A stretch of DNA of 64,000 bases from Ferrovibrio sp. (GCF_964218355.1 NZ_CAXPMC010000008.1:44726-108725), one strand, 5' to 3'; numbered from the stretch's first letter, positions 8,337-18,936 are shown. Numbers and translations are program-made. Notes: generated by a model from the letters alone, not told the origin.

Positions 8337-10109
8337 TTATATGTTGTGGTTCTGCAGCCACATTTCGAGCAGGGCGACCTGCCACAGCTTGGAACCGCGC
8401 AGTGGCGTGATATGCGTCTTCGGGTCCTGCAGCAGCATGTCGACATAATCGCGCCGGAACAGACCGCGCTCGCGCGCCGCCCTGCCGTTCAGCGTATCGC
8501 GCACCATGTCGAGATACGGACCTTCCAGATATTTCAGGGCCGGCACCGGGAAATACCCCTTCGGCCGGTCGATCACGGCATTGGGCAGAACCTCGCGTGC
8601 CACGGCTTTCAGCACGCCCTTGCCGCCATCCGACAGCTTGTGCTCCGGCGGAATGCGCGCCGCAAGTTCAACCAGCTCATGGTCGAGGAACGGCACCCGG
8701 GCCTCGAGGCCCCAGGCCATGGTCATGTTGTCGACGCGCTTGACCGGATCGTCGGCCAGCATCACCTGGGTATCGAGGCGGAGCGCCTTGTCGACGGCCC
8801 GGTCGGCACCCGGCAGGCCGAAATGGCCGGCCACGAAAGCGGTGCTGAAATCCTCGGTGAGATAATCGCCGCCGATGGCCTCGGCATATTCCGCATGGCG
8901 GCGGTCGAAAAAGACCTGCGCGTAATCGGCAACCGGATCATTCGAATCCAGCAGCGGCGGATACCAGTGATAGCCGCCGAAGATCTCGTCGGCCCCCTGC
9001 CCGCTCTGCACCACCTTCACATGCTCGGATACTTCCTGGGACAGCAGGTAGAAGCCGACATTGTCATACGACACCATCGGCTCGGACATGGCATCGATCA
9101 CCTTGGGCATGGCATCCAGCAGACGCCGCGACTTGACGAAGATCTTGTAATGCTCGGTGCCGAAATGCTTGGCGACCAGGTCGGAATAGACGAATTCGTC
9201 GCCCTTCTCGCCATTCGCCTCCTCGAAGCCGATCGAGAAGGTCTTCAGCCCCTTCTGGCCGGCTTCGGCCAGAAGGGCGACGATCAGGCTGGAATCGACG
9301 CCTCCCGAAAGCAGGACGCCCACCGGCACATCCGCCACCATCCGGCGCTCGACCGCGGTATCCAACGCGGCGCGCACCTGTGCCTGCCACTGGCTGGCCG
9401 GCATCTCGATATCGGCGGCACTGCGCTCGAAGCTGAGCGTCCAGTAGACGTGGTCGGTGCGCCGGCCATCCGGACCGAAGACGGCGATCGATGCCGGCTG
9501 CAGCTTCTTCACGCCATTGACCATGGTAAAGGGTGCCGGCACGACGGCGTGAAAGCTCATGTAATGGTGAATGGCGACAGGATCGAGCGAAGTGTCGAGA
9601 TCGCCGCCGGCCAGCAATGCCGGCAGGGACGAGGCGAACCGCAGGCGGCCGGCCTGTTCGGCAAGATAGAGCGGCTTGATGCCGAGCCGGTCGCGGCACA
9701 GGGCCAGCCGGCCGCTTTCCCGCTCATAAACGGCGAAGGCGAACATGCCGTGGAATTTCTTCGGCGCATCCAGGCCCCAGGCATGCCAGGCCTTCAGCAC
9801 GACTTCGGTGTCGCCGTCGGAAAAGAAGCGATAACCCTTGCCCTGCAGTTCCTGCCGCAATTCGCGGTAATTGTAGATGCAGCCGTTGAAGGCCAGCGTC
9901 AGCCCCAGTTCCGCATCCACCATCGGCTGCTGGGCACGCTCGGTCAGGTCGATGATCTTGAGCCGGCGATGGCCGAAGGCCATGCGGCTCTGCGCCTGGA
10001 TGCCGGCTGCATCGGGGCCGCGCGGGGCCATGCGCTCGGTCATCCGCGCCACCGCCGCGACATCGGCCAGACCGTTGTCGAAGCGGACCTCTCCGCTGAA
10101 GCCGCACAT
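8337..10109 (-). CDS. asnO: N-acetylglutaminylglutamine amidotransferase (asparagine synthase-like Ntn enzyme)
   Basis: MCG Ntn N-terminus at 10109, HRRLKIID, FNGCIYNY, LLSGGVDSS, SGQGADE and DDPVKRVDNMTMAWGLEARVPFLD. Confidence 0.92.
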   Translation of the reverse strand: MCGFSGEVRFDNGLADVAAVARMTERMAPRGPDAAGIQAQSRMAFGHRRLKIIDLTERAQQPMVDAELGLTLAFNGCIYNYRELRQELQGKGYRFFSDGDTEVVLKAWHAWGLDAPKKFHGMFAFAVYERESGRLALCRDRLGIKPLYLAEQAGRLRFASSLPALLAGGDLDTSLDPVAIHHYMSFHAVVPAPFTMVNGVKKLQPASIAVFGPDGRRTDHVYWTLSFERSAADIEMPASQWQAQVRAALDTAVERRMVADVPVGVLLSGGVDSSLIVALLAEAGQKGLKTFSIGFEEANGEKGDEFVYSDLVAKHFGTEHYKIFVKSRRLLDAMPKVIDAMSEPMVSYDNVGFYLLSQEVSEHVKVVQSGQGADEIFGGYHWYPPLLDSNDPVADYAQVFFDRRHAEYAEAIGGDYLTEDFSTAFVAGHFGLPGADRAVDKALRLDTQVMLADDPVKRVDNMTMAWGLEARVPFLDHELVELAARIPPEHKLSDGGKGVLKAVAREVLPNAVIDRPKGYFPVPALKYLEGPYLDMVRDTLNGRAARERGLFRRDYVDMLLQDPKTHITPLRGSKLWQVALLEMWLQNHNI

Positions 10110-10254
10110 CGTGAAATCCTCCGTGTTTGTTGCACTGCCGGCCACCGCCCGATGGCAGCGCCGATGCGCACGGAAACGAAAGGGGTCGCGGGATGCCTGC
10201 AGGCCGCAGCCTGACGGGATCCGGTATGGCCCGTTTCGTTTCCGTGCCCCATAA

Positions 10255-10293
10255 TAATTACACATCTTATATTTAGATGTCAAATGATTTGAC
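10255..10293 (-). promoter_or_regulatory. Sigma70 promoter of the NAGGN operon with overlapping palindromic operators
   Basis: Minus strand TTGACA(10283-10278)-N17-TAATTA(10260-10255); palindromes ACATCT-N7-AGATGT (10262-10280) and GTCAAAT-G-ATTTGAC (10279-10293). Confidence 0.65.
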
Positions 10294-10383
10294 CTGTAAT
10301 ATTAACGCGGCTAGACTGTGACAAAGCCCTCGGACATGGTTCTCCCGCCGATGCGGGGGTATCCGGTCGATTCGGACAGAGAA

Positions 10384-10887
10384 ATGAACAGCCAAGATGA
10401 CAAACTCCTCGGCTCACTCCGGCGGATTATCCGGGCGGTCGATCTGCACTCGAAGCGCCTGGAGCGCGAAACCGGCCTGACCACACCGCAGGTGCTGGTG
10501 CTGATGGCCATCCGCGAGCTGGGCGAGGTCACCACGGCGCGGATCGCCGCCCGGGTCAGCCTCAGCCAGGCCACGGTCACGACCATTGTGGACCGGCTGG
10601 TGGCCCGTGGCCTGATCGAGCGCTACCGCAACACCACCGACCGCCGCATCGTGCATTCACGACTGACCGCGACCGGCGAAGCCGCGCTGGCCAAGGCGCC
10701 GCCGTTGCTGGACACGATTTTCGTGACCGCCTTCCGCAGCCTGCCGGCCAGCGAGCGGGACGGCCTCGTGGCCGCACTGGAGCGCGTTGCCATGCTGATG
10801 GGGCCGGCGGCCAGTGCCGAGCCCGCACCGCTGATCGACCTCGGCGAGATCGCGCCGGCCCTGCCGGCGCAGCAGGACGTCGCCTAG
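10384..10887 (+). CDS. MarR-family regulator, EctR/CosR-like
   Basis: LRRIIRAVDLHSKRL...GLTTPQ...SLSQATVTTIVDRLVARGLIERYR...DRR...APPLL resembles osmolyte-linked MarR repressors; divergent from asnO; start trimmed to 10384. Confidence 0.8.
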   Translation: MNSQDDKLLGSLRRIIRAVDLHSKRLERETGLTTPQVLVLMAIRELGEVTTARIAARVSLSQATVTTIVDRLVARGLIERYRNTTDRRIVHSRLTATGEAALAKAPPLLDTIFVTAFRSLPASERDGLVAALERVAMLMGPAASAEPAPLIDLGEIAPALPAQQDVA

Positions 10888-11810
10888 AGCGGCGCCTTCA
10901 GGGCGGCAGCCGCGGCCTGCTCGACCATTCCGCGCAGCCAGATATGGGCCGGATCCTGCTGCATCCGGCGGTGCCAGGCCATGTACATCGGCAGGGTTGC
11001 GAAATCGCGGTCCGCCGCCGCCAGTGGCAGGGGCGCTGCAGCAAAGCCCCGCATCAGCTGGCCCTGCAGCAGGCTGGGCAGGCAGGCCAGCATGCGGCTG
11101 CCGCGCAGGAAGGCCGGCACGCCGGCAAAGCTGGGCACCGAGACCGCCACCTGGCGGTCGTAACCCGCGGCACCGAGCTGCTTGTCGAACTGCAGCCGCT
11201 CGTTGTCGCTGTAGACCACCGTGACATGCCGGGCAGCCAGGAATTCTGCGGCATCGGCCGGCGCCCCGCGCTCGGCCGCGTCGTAATAACAGACATAGCG
11301 GTCGACCAGCAGGCGCTTCTGCAGCACGTCCGTGCCGGCCGGCGGCAGCGGCGAGATCAGCAGGTCGCAATGACTGTCGCGTAGCAGATCGGCGGTCGGC
11401 ACCTGGGACGGGATCGCGCGCAGGCTGATGCTGCGGGTCCGCGCCTCCAGCAGACGGAACAGGGTCGGCAACAGCAGGTCGCGCTGGAAATCATTGGCCG
11501 CGATGGTCAGCGCCAGGTCGGCCTGCGACGGATCGAAATCGGCGCCGCTGGCAAAGGCCTGCATGCCATCCAGCAGCAGCCGCGCCTGTTCCGCCAGCGC
11601 CCGGGCATGGGCGGTGGCGATGATGCCGCGGCCGGACTTGACGAAAAGCGGATCGCGCAGGATGCGCCGCAGCTTCTGCAGGCTGTGGCTGACCGCCGAC
11701 TGGGTCTGGCCGAGCCGGGCGGCCGCGGCAGTCACCGACCCCTCCTCCAGCACCGCCAGAAACAGCCGCAGGGCATGGCCGTCGAGTTCCAAATGATCGA
11801 TATTACTCAT
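10884..11810 (-). CDS. LysR-family transcriptional regulator
   Basis: LRLFLAVLEEGSVTAAAARLGQTQSAVSHSLQKLR HTH; divergent from pcaHG. Confidence 0.93.
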   Translation of the reverse strand: MSNIDHLELDGHALRLFLAVLEEGSVTAAAARLGQTQSAVSHSLQKLRRILRDPLFVKSGRGIIATAHARALAEQARLLLDGMQAFASGADFDPSQADLALTIAANDFQRDLLLPTLFRLLEARTRSISLRAIPSQVPTADLLRDSHCDLLISPLPPAGTDVLQKRLLVDRYVCYYDAAERGAPADAAEFLAARHVTVVYSDNERLQFDKQLGAAGYDRQVAVSVPSFAGVPAFLRGSRMLACLPSLLQGQLMRGFAAAPLPLAAADRDFATLPMYMAWHRRMQQDPAHIWLRGMVEQAAAAALKAPL

Positions 11811-11821
11811 AGGTTGTATGA
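11807..11821. promoter_or_regulatory. Palindrome overlapping the LysR start codon (probable operator)
   Basis: TCATA-GGTTG-TATGA; on the minus strand TATCAT lies 7 nt before the ATG, suggesting a leaderless mRNA. Confidence 0.45.
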
Positions 11822-11828
11822 TAACTGA

Positions 11829-12644
<816 letters not shown>

Positions 12645-12647
12645 ACC

Positions 12648-13274
12648 ATGCCGCAGCCGATGAACTACCTGCGCGAAACCGCTTCGCAGACTGCCGGCCC
12701 CTATGTGCATATCGGCCTGGCGCCGCACCAGGCCGGCTTCGACATCTTCCAGCAGAATTTCAGCAACCAGCTGGCCGGACCGCTGACCCGGGGCGAGCGC
12801 ATCGCCATCGAGGGCCGGGTGATCGACGGCACCGGCACCCCGCTGAACGATGCGCTGCTGGAAATCTGGCAGGCCAATGCCGCCGGCCGCTACAGCCACC
12901 CGGCCGACAGCCAGGACAAGCCGCTCGATGCGGATTTCCGCGGCTGGGGCCGCACCGGTGCCGATTTCGATACCGGCATCTACCGGTTCGACACCATCAA
13001 GCCCGGTCCGGTGCCCGGCCGCCATGGCCGCATGATGGCGCCGCATGTCAATTTCTGGATCGTCGCGCGCGGCATCAATATCGGCCTCAGCACGCGGATG
13101 TATTTCGCCGACGAGGAAGCCGCCAATGCCGCCGATCCGGTGCTGAACCTGATCGAGCAGAAACAGCGCCGCAAGACGCTGATCGCCGCACGCGGCAGCC
13201 ACGACGGCAAGACGGTCTACACCTTCGATATCGTCCTGCAGGGCGAGAACGAAACGGTGTTCCTCGATATCTGA
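12648..13274 (+). CDS. pcaG: Protocatechuate 3,4-dioxygenase alpha subunit
   Basis: ETASQTAGPYVHIGL, WQANAAG, ARGINIGLSTRMYF and YTFDIVLQGENETVFLDI. Confidence 0.96.
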   Translation: MPQPMNYLRETASQTAGPYVHIGLAPHQAGFDIFQQNFSNQLAGPLTRGERIAIEGRVIDGTGTPLNDALLEIWQANAAGRYSHPADSQDKPLDADFRGWGRTGADFDTGIYRFDTIKPGPVPGRHGRMMAPHVNFWIVARGINIGLSTRMYFADEEAANAADPVLNLIEQKQRRKTLIAARGSHDGKTVYTFDIVLQGENETVFLDI

Positions 13275-13337
13275 AGTCTGCGCGCCGCAGCAAGGCTGCA
13301 GATGGCGGGGCGGCAATGCCCCGCCATTGCTTTTCGG

Positions 13338-14912
13338 TTACCAGACGCCGAACAGGATGCCGCGCGCCCTGGCATTGCCGGTGCGCCGCTCGACATCCTC
13401 GTTCGACATGGTGGTGCGGATGCGGCGCTGCTGCAGCCAGTCCAGCAGCCGCGCCGCCATCTCGGCCCGGATGCCGGCATGGGCCGGGCTCTCGCCGAGA
13501 TCCTCGAATTCGTCCGGATCAGCATCGAGATCGAACAGCTGCGACCGGAAGCCTTCATAGGCGATGTATTTCCAGCGGTCGGTACGCACCATCCAGCCGC
13601 GGGCGCGGTCCGGTGGCAGCTTCAGGATCTGCCGTGCCTCGCGGAAGGCATAGTCGAATTCGCTGAAAGCCGCATCGCGCCAGTCCGGCAGGGAGGCACC
13701 GGCCAGCAGCGGCAGCAGCGACACCCCTTCCAGCCGGTGCGACTGCGCCGCACCGCCGGCCGCCTCGAGAAAGGTCGGCACCAGGTCGATCGCCTCGACG
13801 AAACGGTGGTCGACCTGGCCCCGCGTGGCATCCATGGCGGCATCCGGGTGATACACGATCATCGGAATCCGCACGCTCTCCTCGTGGAACAGCTCCTTCT
13901 CGCCCAGCCAGTGATCGCCCAGATAATCGCCGTGGTCACTGGTCAGCACGATCAGCGTGTCGTCCATGCGGCCCTGCTGTTCGAGGAAGGCGAACAGCCG
14001 CCCGAGATGGTCGTCCAGCTGCTTCACCAGCCCCATATAGGCCGGGATCACCGTGTCGCGCACCTCGTCGCGACTGAAATTGACCGATTCCTCATGCTGC
14101 ATGAAAGCCGCCACCACCGGATGGGGCGCCTCGCGCTCGCGCGGATGTTTCCTCGCCGGCAGGATCTGGTTCGGTCCGTACATCGCGTGATACGGCGCCG
14201 GTGCGATATAGGGCCAGTGCGGCTTGATATAGCTGAGATGCAGGCACCAGGGCGTCTCGCCGCTGTCGCGGATGAAATCGATCGCCCGGTCGGTCATGTA
14301 TGGGGTTTCGGAATCGGCCTCGCGCACGCGGGCCGGCAGGCGCGCATGGCGCAGATACCAGCCGCTGAGGATTTCCCCGTCGGGGCCTTCCGCCGCATTG
14401 GCAAAGTCATGCCAGGGATTGTCGGAGACATAGCCCTTGCTGCGCAGGTAACGGTTATAGGCCAGGTCGGGATCGGTACTCTGGTCCGGATGCAGGCCGT
14501 CGTCGCGTTCATACGGCTCGAAACCGCATTGCCCGACCAGGACACCGAGGGATGATTGCGGATCGAGCCCCAGCCGGCGCATGCCCTCGTCGTCGCCCTT
14601 CATATGAGTCTTGCCGACCAGCGCCACCCGGTAGCCCAGCGGCCGCAGATAATCGCCCAGCGTCAGCTCGGTCGCCCGCAGCGGCACGTTGTTGTAGGTG
14701 GCGCCGTGGCTGGTCATGTAGCGGCCGGTATAGAAAGACATCCGCGACGGACCGCAGACCGGTGCCTGGCAATAGGCACGGTCGAACAGGACCCCGCGTT
14801 TCGCCAGCCCGTCGATATGCGGCGTCTGCAGGGTCGGGTGGCCGGCGCAGGAGAGATAATCCGCCCGCAGCTGGTCGGCCATGATGAACAGGATGTTGCG
14901 AACCTTGCCCAT
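13338..14912 (-). CDS. Sulfatase-family hydrolase (aryl sulfatase / phosphonate monoester hydrolase-like), cytoplasmic
   Basis: NILFIMADQLRAD, CxPxR motif CGPSRMSFYTGRY, GKTH, SYIKPHWP and TSDHG; no signal peptide; start trimmed to 14912. Confidence 0.88.
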   Translation of the reverse strand: MGKVRNILFIMADQLRADYLSCAGHPTLQTPHIDGLAKRGVLFDRAYCQAPVCGPSRMSFYTGRYMTSHGATYNNVPLRATELTLGDYLRPLGYRVALVGKTHMKGDDEGMRRLGLDPQSSLGVLVGQCGFEPYERDDGLHPDQSTDPDLAYNRYLRSKGYVSDNPWHDFANAAEGPDGEILSGWYLRHARLPARVREADSETPYMTDRAIDFIRDSGETPWCLHLSYIKPHWPYIAPAPYHAMYGPNQILPARKHPREREAPHPVVAAFMQHEESVNFSRDEVRDTVIPAYMGLVKQLDDHLGRLFAFLEQQGRMDDTLIVLTSDHGDYLGDHWLGEKELFHEESVRIPMIVYHPDAAMDATRGQVDHRFVEAIDLVPTFLEAAGGAAQSHRLEGVSLLPLLAGASLPDWRDAAFSEFDYAFREARQILKLPPDRARGWMVRTDRWKYIAYEGFRSQLFDLDADPDEFEDLGESPAHAGIRAEMAARLLDWLQQRRIRTTMSNEDVERRTGNARARGILFGVW

Positions 14913-14951
14913 GGGGTGTCCGTCTCGGGGAAGCTGACCTGAGGGAATGAA

Positions 14952-14984
14952 CGGCCGGGTGGCCCGGAAGGTGCCACCCGGCCG
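14952..14984 (-). terminator. Strong hairpin after the TAXI binding-protein gene (weak terminator or mRNA stabiliser)
   Basis: CGGCCGGGTGGC/GCCACCCGGCCG 12-bp perfect stem; poor U-tract. Confidence 0.5.
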
Positions 14985-14989
14985 CGACT

Positions 14990-16024
14990 TTACTGCGGCA
15001 TCAGGCCTGCGGGAATCGTCATTCCGACTTCCTTGTAGTAGCGAGCCGCACCGGGATGCAGCGGCATGTTCGACATCTCGCGAAAGACATTCTCGATCCT
15101 GACGGCCCGCAGCCACGGCGTCTTGTCGCGCTGCTTCGCCGCGCCTTCCCAGAAGGCCTTGGTCATCTTGTAGATCACCTCGTCCGGCATATCCTTGCGG
15201 GTGCCGATGCCGACAATCGATCCGATCGTCGTCACATCCTCCTTGTTCACCTGGTTTTCGCCGTAAATAGCCGCCGGAATCTGATCGAGCACCCCGCCGG
15301 GCCGCGAGCTGAAAGCCTTGAATTCGTCGGACGCCATCTGCTTCTCGGTCAGGCCCAGCAGGCGGATCTTGCTGGTCAGAGCGAATTGCTGGATCACCGG
15401 GCTCGGCGGCAGGGTCGGATTCATATAGACGTCAATATGCTTGTCCTGGAAAGACTGCGCGGCCGCTTCCCAGCCAAGGTTGATCTGTTCGAAATCCTTG
15501 CCCGGCTCGTAGCCGGTGGTCAGCTTCATCAGCTGCGCCATGGTGTTGGTTGCGCCACCGCCGGGCGGCCCGAGGAACACGCGCTTGCCCTTTATCTGCT
15601 CAAGGTTGGTGATGCCGGAATCGGCATAGACAACGATGTGATAATAGCCGAGCGGGAAATTGAAGACGCTGCGCAGGTTTTTCGATAGTTCCGGTGCGTC
15701 GGTGATCTTGGCATACATCGCCGTGCCTTCGATCATGAAGCCCTGCACAGTCGGCGACGACATGAAGAAATCCATCTTCCCGCGGGCGGTTTCCAGGGCA
15801 TGGGCGGTGGCGGCACCGGTGGCATTCACCTGCACTTCCATGTCCGGATGGGCCTGGTTGACGATGTTGGCGAAGGTCGACATCACCAGATAAGGCGAAC
15901 TGCCGGGCCCGAGGGTCGACAGCTTGTAGTAATCCTTGGCCCCGGCCGGCCCGGCGGACAGGCCGGCAAGCACTGCCGTGGATATGGCCGCCATGACAAT
16001 GCGGCGCGATACGGATGTGGTCAT
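14990..16024 (-). CDS. TAXI-family TRAP transporter solute-binding protein
   Basis: Signal peptide (SRR...AGPAGA), LKGKR-like IKGKRVFLGPPGGG, and PLHPGAARYYKE C-terminal TAXI motif. Confidence 0.92.
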   Translation of the reverse strand: MTTSVSRRIVMAAISTAVLAGLSAGPAGAKDYYKLSTLGPGSSPYLVMSTFANIVNQAHPDMEVQVNATGAATAHALETARGKMDFFMSSPTVQGFMIEGTAMYAKITDAPELSKNLRSVFNFPLGYYHIVVYADSGITNLEQIKGKRVFLGPPGGGATNTMAQLMKLTTGYEPGKDFEQINLGWEAAAQSFQDKHIDVYMNPTLPPSPVIQQFALTSKIRLLGLTEKQMASDEFKAFSSRPGGVLDQIPAAIYGENQVNKEDVTTIGSIVGIGTRKDMPDEVIYKMTKAFWEGAAKQRDKTPWLRAVRIENVFREMSNMPLHPGAARYYKEVGMTIPAGLMPQ

Positions 16025-16056
16025 TGTTTCCTCCCTCTTTCTTTCCTGCAAACCAG

Positions 16057-17982
16057 TCACGCCTGCCGCCAGCCGAGGCGGGCGGCGAGTGCTGCCAGAC
16101 CCGGCGGCGAGCCGGCCAGGCCCCGCCGCCAGTCGACCGCCAGCATCGCCAGGGCGGCGACGAAGGCAGCGGTTTCGATGATCTCTCCCGGCATCAGCAT
16201 GAGGATGCCGGTGGCCGTACGCACCAGGCGGGACGGCCAGTCGAGGCGGGCCCGGTCCTGGCCGCCAAGCCCGCTGGCCAGCACCCAGATCGCCAGGGCC
16301 AGACGCAGGCAGGCCCAGAGGAATTCCGGCCAGGCAAAATCCACCATCAGCGTCAGCGACGGGTTGTAGACAAAGACAAAGGGAATGATGAAGCCGATCA
16401 CCGCCACCTTCACGGATTCCACCGCCGTCGCCATCGGGCTGGCGCCGCAGATCGGCGCCGCAGCGAAGGCGGCCAGAGCCACCGGCGGCGTGATCGATGA
16501 CAGCACGCCGAAATAGACCACGAACAGATGTGCCACCAGGGTCGGCACGCCGAGGCCCTCGATGGCCGGGCCCATTGCCAGCACGATGATCAGGTAGGCC
16601 GGCACCGTCGGCATGCCCATGCCGAGCACCAGGCAGCCGGCCATGGTCAGCAACAGGGCAAGGAACAGGGAATCGCTCGACAATGCGAGGATCACATTGG
16701 CAAAGCGGATGCCGAGCCCGGTCATGTTCATCACGCCGATGATCATGCCGACCGCACCCACCGCGATCAGGATGGTGGCACCGGCCCGCCCGGCCTGGGC
16801 CAGTGCCGCCAGCAGCCGCTGCGGTCTGCGGCGCAGGTCCGGATTGAGCAGCAGCCCCAGCGCTACCGCCGACAGCGCGGCCCAGAAGCCCGCTGCGGCC
16901 GGCGACCGGCCGGCAATCAGCAGCACAACGATCACCAGCAGCGGCAGCACGAAGGTCAGCGACATCACCCAGTCCTGCCGGGTCATCGACTGCCGCTCGG
17001 CATCCGGGATCGGCTGGATGCCAAGGCGGGCGGCACTGACCGCCACCGAGGCAAACAGGCTTGCATAATAGAACAGCGCCGGCACCAGCGCGGCGACGCA
17101 GATGGTGAGATAGGGAATGCCGGTCACATCGGCCATGATGAAGGCCACCGCCCCCATCACCGGCGGCGTGAACTGGCCGCCCGACGAGGCCGCCGATTCA
17201 ACGGCACCGGCAAATTTCGCCGGAAAGCCACGCTGCTTGATCATCGGCATGGTGAAGACGCCGGTACCGACCACATTGCCGGCAACGCTGCCGGACATGG
17301 TGCCGAACAGGGCGCTGGCAACGATCGCGGCGTGGGCCGGCCCGCCGCGCAGCCGGGCCGTCACGCTGAAAGCGAGCTTCAGCAGCACCGGGCCGGCCCC
17401 GATTCCCTCCAGCAGCACGCCGAACACCACGAAGATCAGGATCAGGCTGGTGACCACGGCAACCGGGCCGCCGAAAACCCCGTCGAAACTGTACCAGACC
17501 GTGCGCAGGGTTTCGTAATAGGGGAACCCGGCATGCCGGAATATCCAGGGCAGATGATGGCCATAGAGCGCGTAGACCAGCGCCAGTGCGCAGACGATCA
17601 CCAGCGGCCAGCCGAAAATCCGTCGCGTCAGTTCCAGCAGCAGCAGCATTGCGAAGCCGCCGAGCCACAGGTCGCTGACGGTGAAATCGTAGAGACCGAT
17701 TTCCAGCGCGGCACCGATCTCGAAATACCGCCAGAAGGCGGCCATGCCGAGCAGCAGCAGCAGGATATCGGCAGCGCGGCCGATCCGGCCCGGTAGCGGA
17801 AAGGCCAGCAGGCCAAGCGCCATGGCCACCGCCAGCGTCCCGACCCGCGACACCGTCTCGTCGAAGACGCCGACCCCGGCGGTGTAAAACGCCACCAGGC
17901 TGATGCCGATGCCAAGCAGCACCACCGCCGCCTGGTCCGGTCCGGCCAGAATCGCAGTCACGGCCGCGCGCAGCTGGCGCAT
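16057..17982 (-). CDS. TRAP transporter fused 4TM/12TM permease
   Basis: GGPAHAAIVASALFGTMSGS, GAVESAASSGGQFTPPVMG, LGMGMPTVPAY and FGVLSSITPPVALAAFAAA; start trimmed to 17982. Confidence 0.92.
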   Translation of the reverse strand: MRQLRAAVTAILAGPDQAAVVLLGIGISLVAFYTAGVGVFDETVSRVGTLAVAMALGLLAFPLPGRIGRAADILLLLLGMAAFWRYFEIGAALEIGLYDFTVSDLWLGGFAMLLLLELTRRIFGWPLVIVCALALVYALYGHHLPWIFRHAGFPYYETLRTVWYSFDGVFGGPVAVVTSLILIFVVFGVLLEGIGAGPVLLKLAFSVTARLRGGPAHAAIVASALFGTMSGSVAGNVVGTGVFTMPMIKQRGFPAKFAGAVESAASSGGQFTPPVMGAVAFIMADVTGIPYLTICVAALVPALFYYASLFASVAVSAARLGIQPIPDAERQSMTRQDWVMSLTFVLPLLVIVVLLIAGRSPAAAGFWAALSAVALGLLLNPDLRRRPQRLLAALAQAGRAGATILIAVGAVGMIIGVMNMTGLGIRFANVILALSSDSLFLALLLTMAGCLVLGMGMPTVPAYLIIVLAMGPAIEGLGVPTLVAHLFVVYFGVLSSITPPVALAAFAAAPICGASPMATAVESVKVAVIGFIIPFVFVYNPSLTLMVDFAWPEFLWACLRLALAIWVLASGLGGQDRARLDWPSRLVRTATGILMLMPGEIIETAAFVAALAMLAVDWRRGLAGSPPGLAALAARLGWRQA

Positions 17983-18113
17983 CCGCCGCCTCCCCTTGCT
18001 GTTTCCCTCCGTGGCAGCCTGCCGGCTGTCCTGATTGGCAGTAACCGTTATCCGTCCGGTCGCCGGCAGCAAAGTCCGATTGACCGGCGTTTCACCTGGT
18101 GTAACCTTGGCCC

Positions 18114-18923
18114 ATGACCGCCATAACCCTGCCGCAGGTCAAATCCATCCGCGCACTCGCCCGCGGCCTCGATGTGCTGAAGGCCCTGCAGGACCGTCCC
18201 GCCACCAGCCTGCAGGACCTGCATGGCGACACCGGGCTGTCGAAACCGACCCTGCTGCGCATCCTGAAGACACTGGAAGAGGCCGGCATGGTGCATCGCG
18301 CCATCGGCGATGGCCGCTACCGCGTCAGCGCCCGGGTGCGGTTCCTCGGCCGCGATCTCGGCGTCCACGATGCCATTGCCGAACTGGCCGCGCCGGTGCT
18401 CGACCGGCTGTGCCGCCATGTGCTGTGGCCATCCGACATCGCCGTCTACAAGGACGGGGCCATGGAGATCCTCGAAACCAGCCGGCAGCAGACGCCGTTC
18501 CTGGTCAATCGCGCCCGCATGGGCTACCGCGTGCACATGCTGATGAGCGCCATGGGCCGCGCCTATCTCGCCTTCTGCACGGAGGATGAGCGCACCGCGA
18601 TCCTCGGCCGTCTGCAGCGGTCGGACGATCCTTATGACCGCAAGGCCCGCAACCGGCCGGCCGTGCAGACGATGCTCGGCGAGGACCGGGCCCGCGGCTA
18701 TGCGACGCGCGAGCCGGGTTACGGATACTGGGGGACCGACCGCAGCCAGGCCGCGGCGATCGCCGTGCCGGTGCGGCGCGGCAATCGCGTGTTCGCCAGC
18801 ATCAACCTGTGCTGGGTGGCCGGCGCCGTGCCGACCGACGAGATGGTTCGTCTGCATCTGGCCGACCTGCAGCAGGCTGCAGACGAAATCGCCCGTGGCG
18901 TCGCCGACGAAGACGCCGCCTGA
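18114..18923 (+). CDS. IclR-family regulator (MhpR-like)
   Basis: SIRALARGLDVLKAL...TGLSKPTLLRILKTL HTH and SAMGRAYLAF; TAACCT 6 nt before the ATG suggests a leaderless mRNA. Confidence 0.9.
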   Translation: MTAITLPQVKSIRALARGLDVLKALQDRPATSLQDLHGDTGLSKPTLLRILKTLEEAGMVHRAIGDGRYRVSARVRFLGRDLGVHDAIAELAAPVLDRLCRHVLWPSDIAVYKDGAMEILETSRQQTPFLVNRARMGYRVHMLMSAMGRAYLAFCTEDERTAILGRLQRSDDPYDRKARNRPAVQTMLGEDRARGYATREPGYGYWGTDRSQAAAIAVPVRRGNRVFASINLCWVAGAVPTDEMVRLHLADLQQAADEIARGVADEDAA

Positions 18924-18936
18924 CCAGGAGCCCTGC

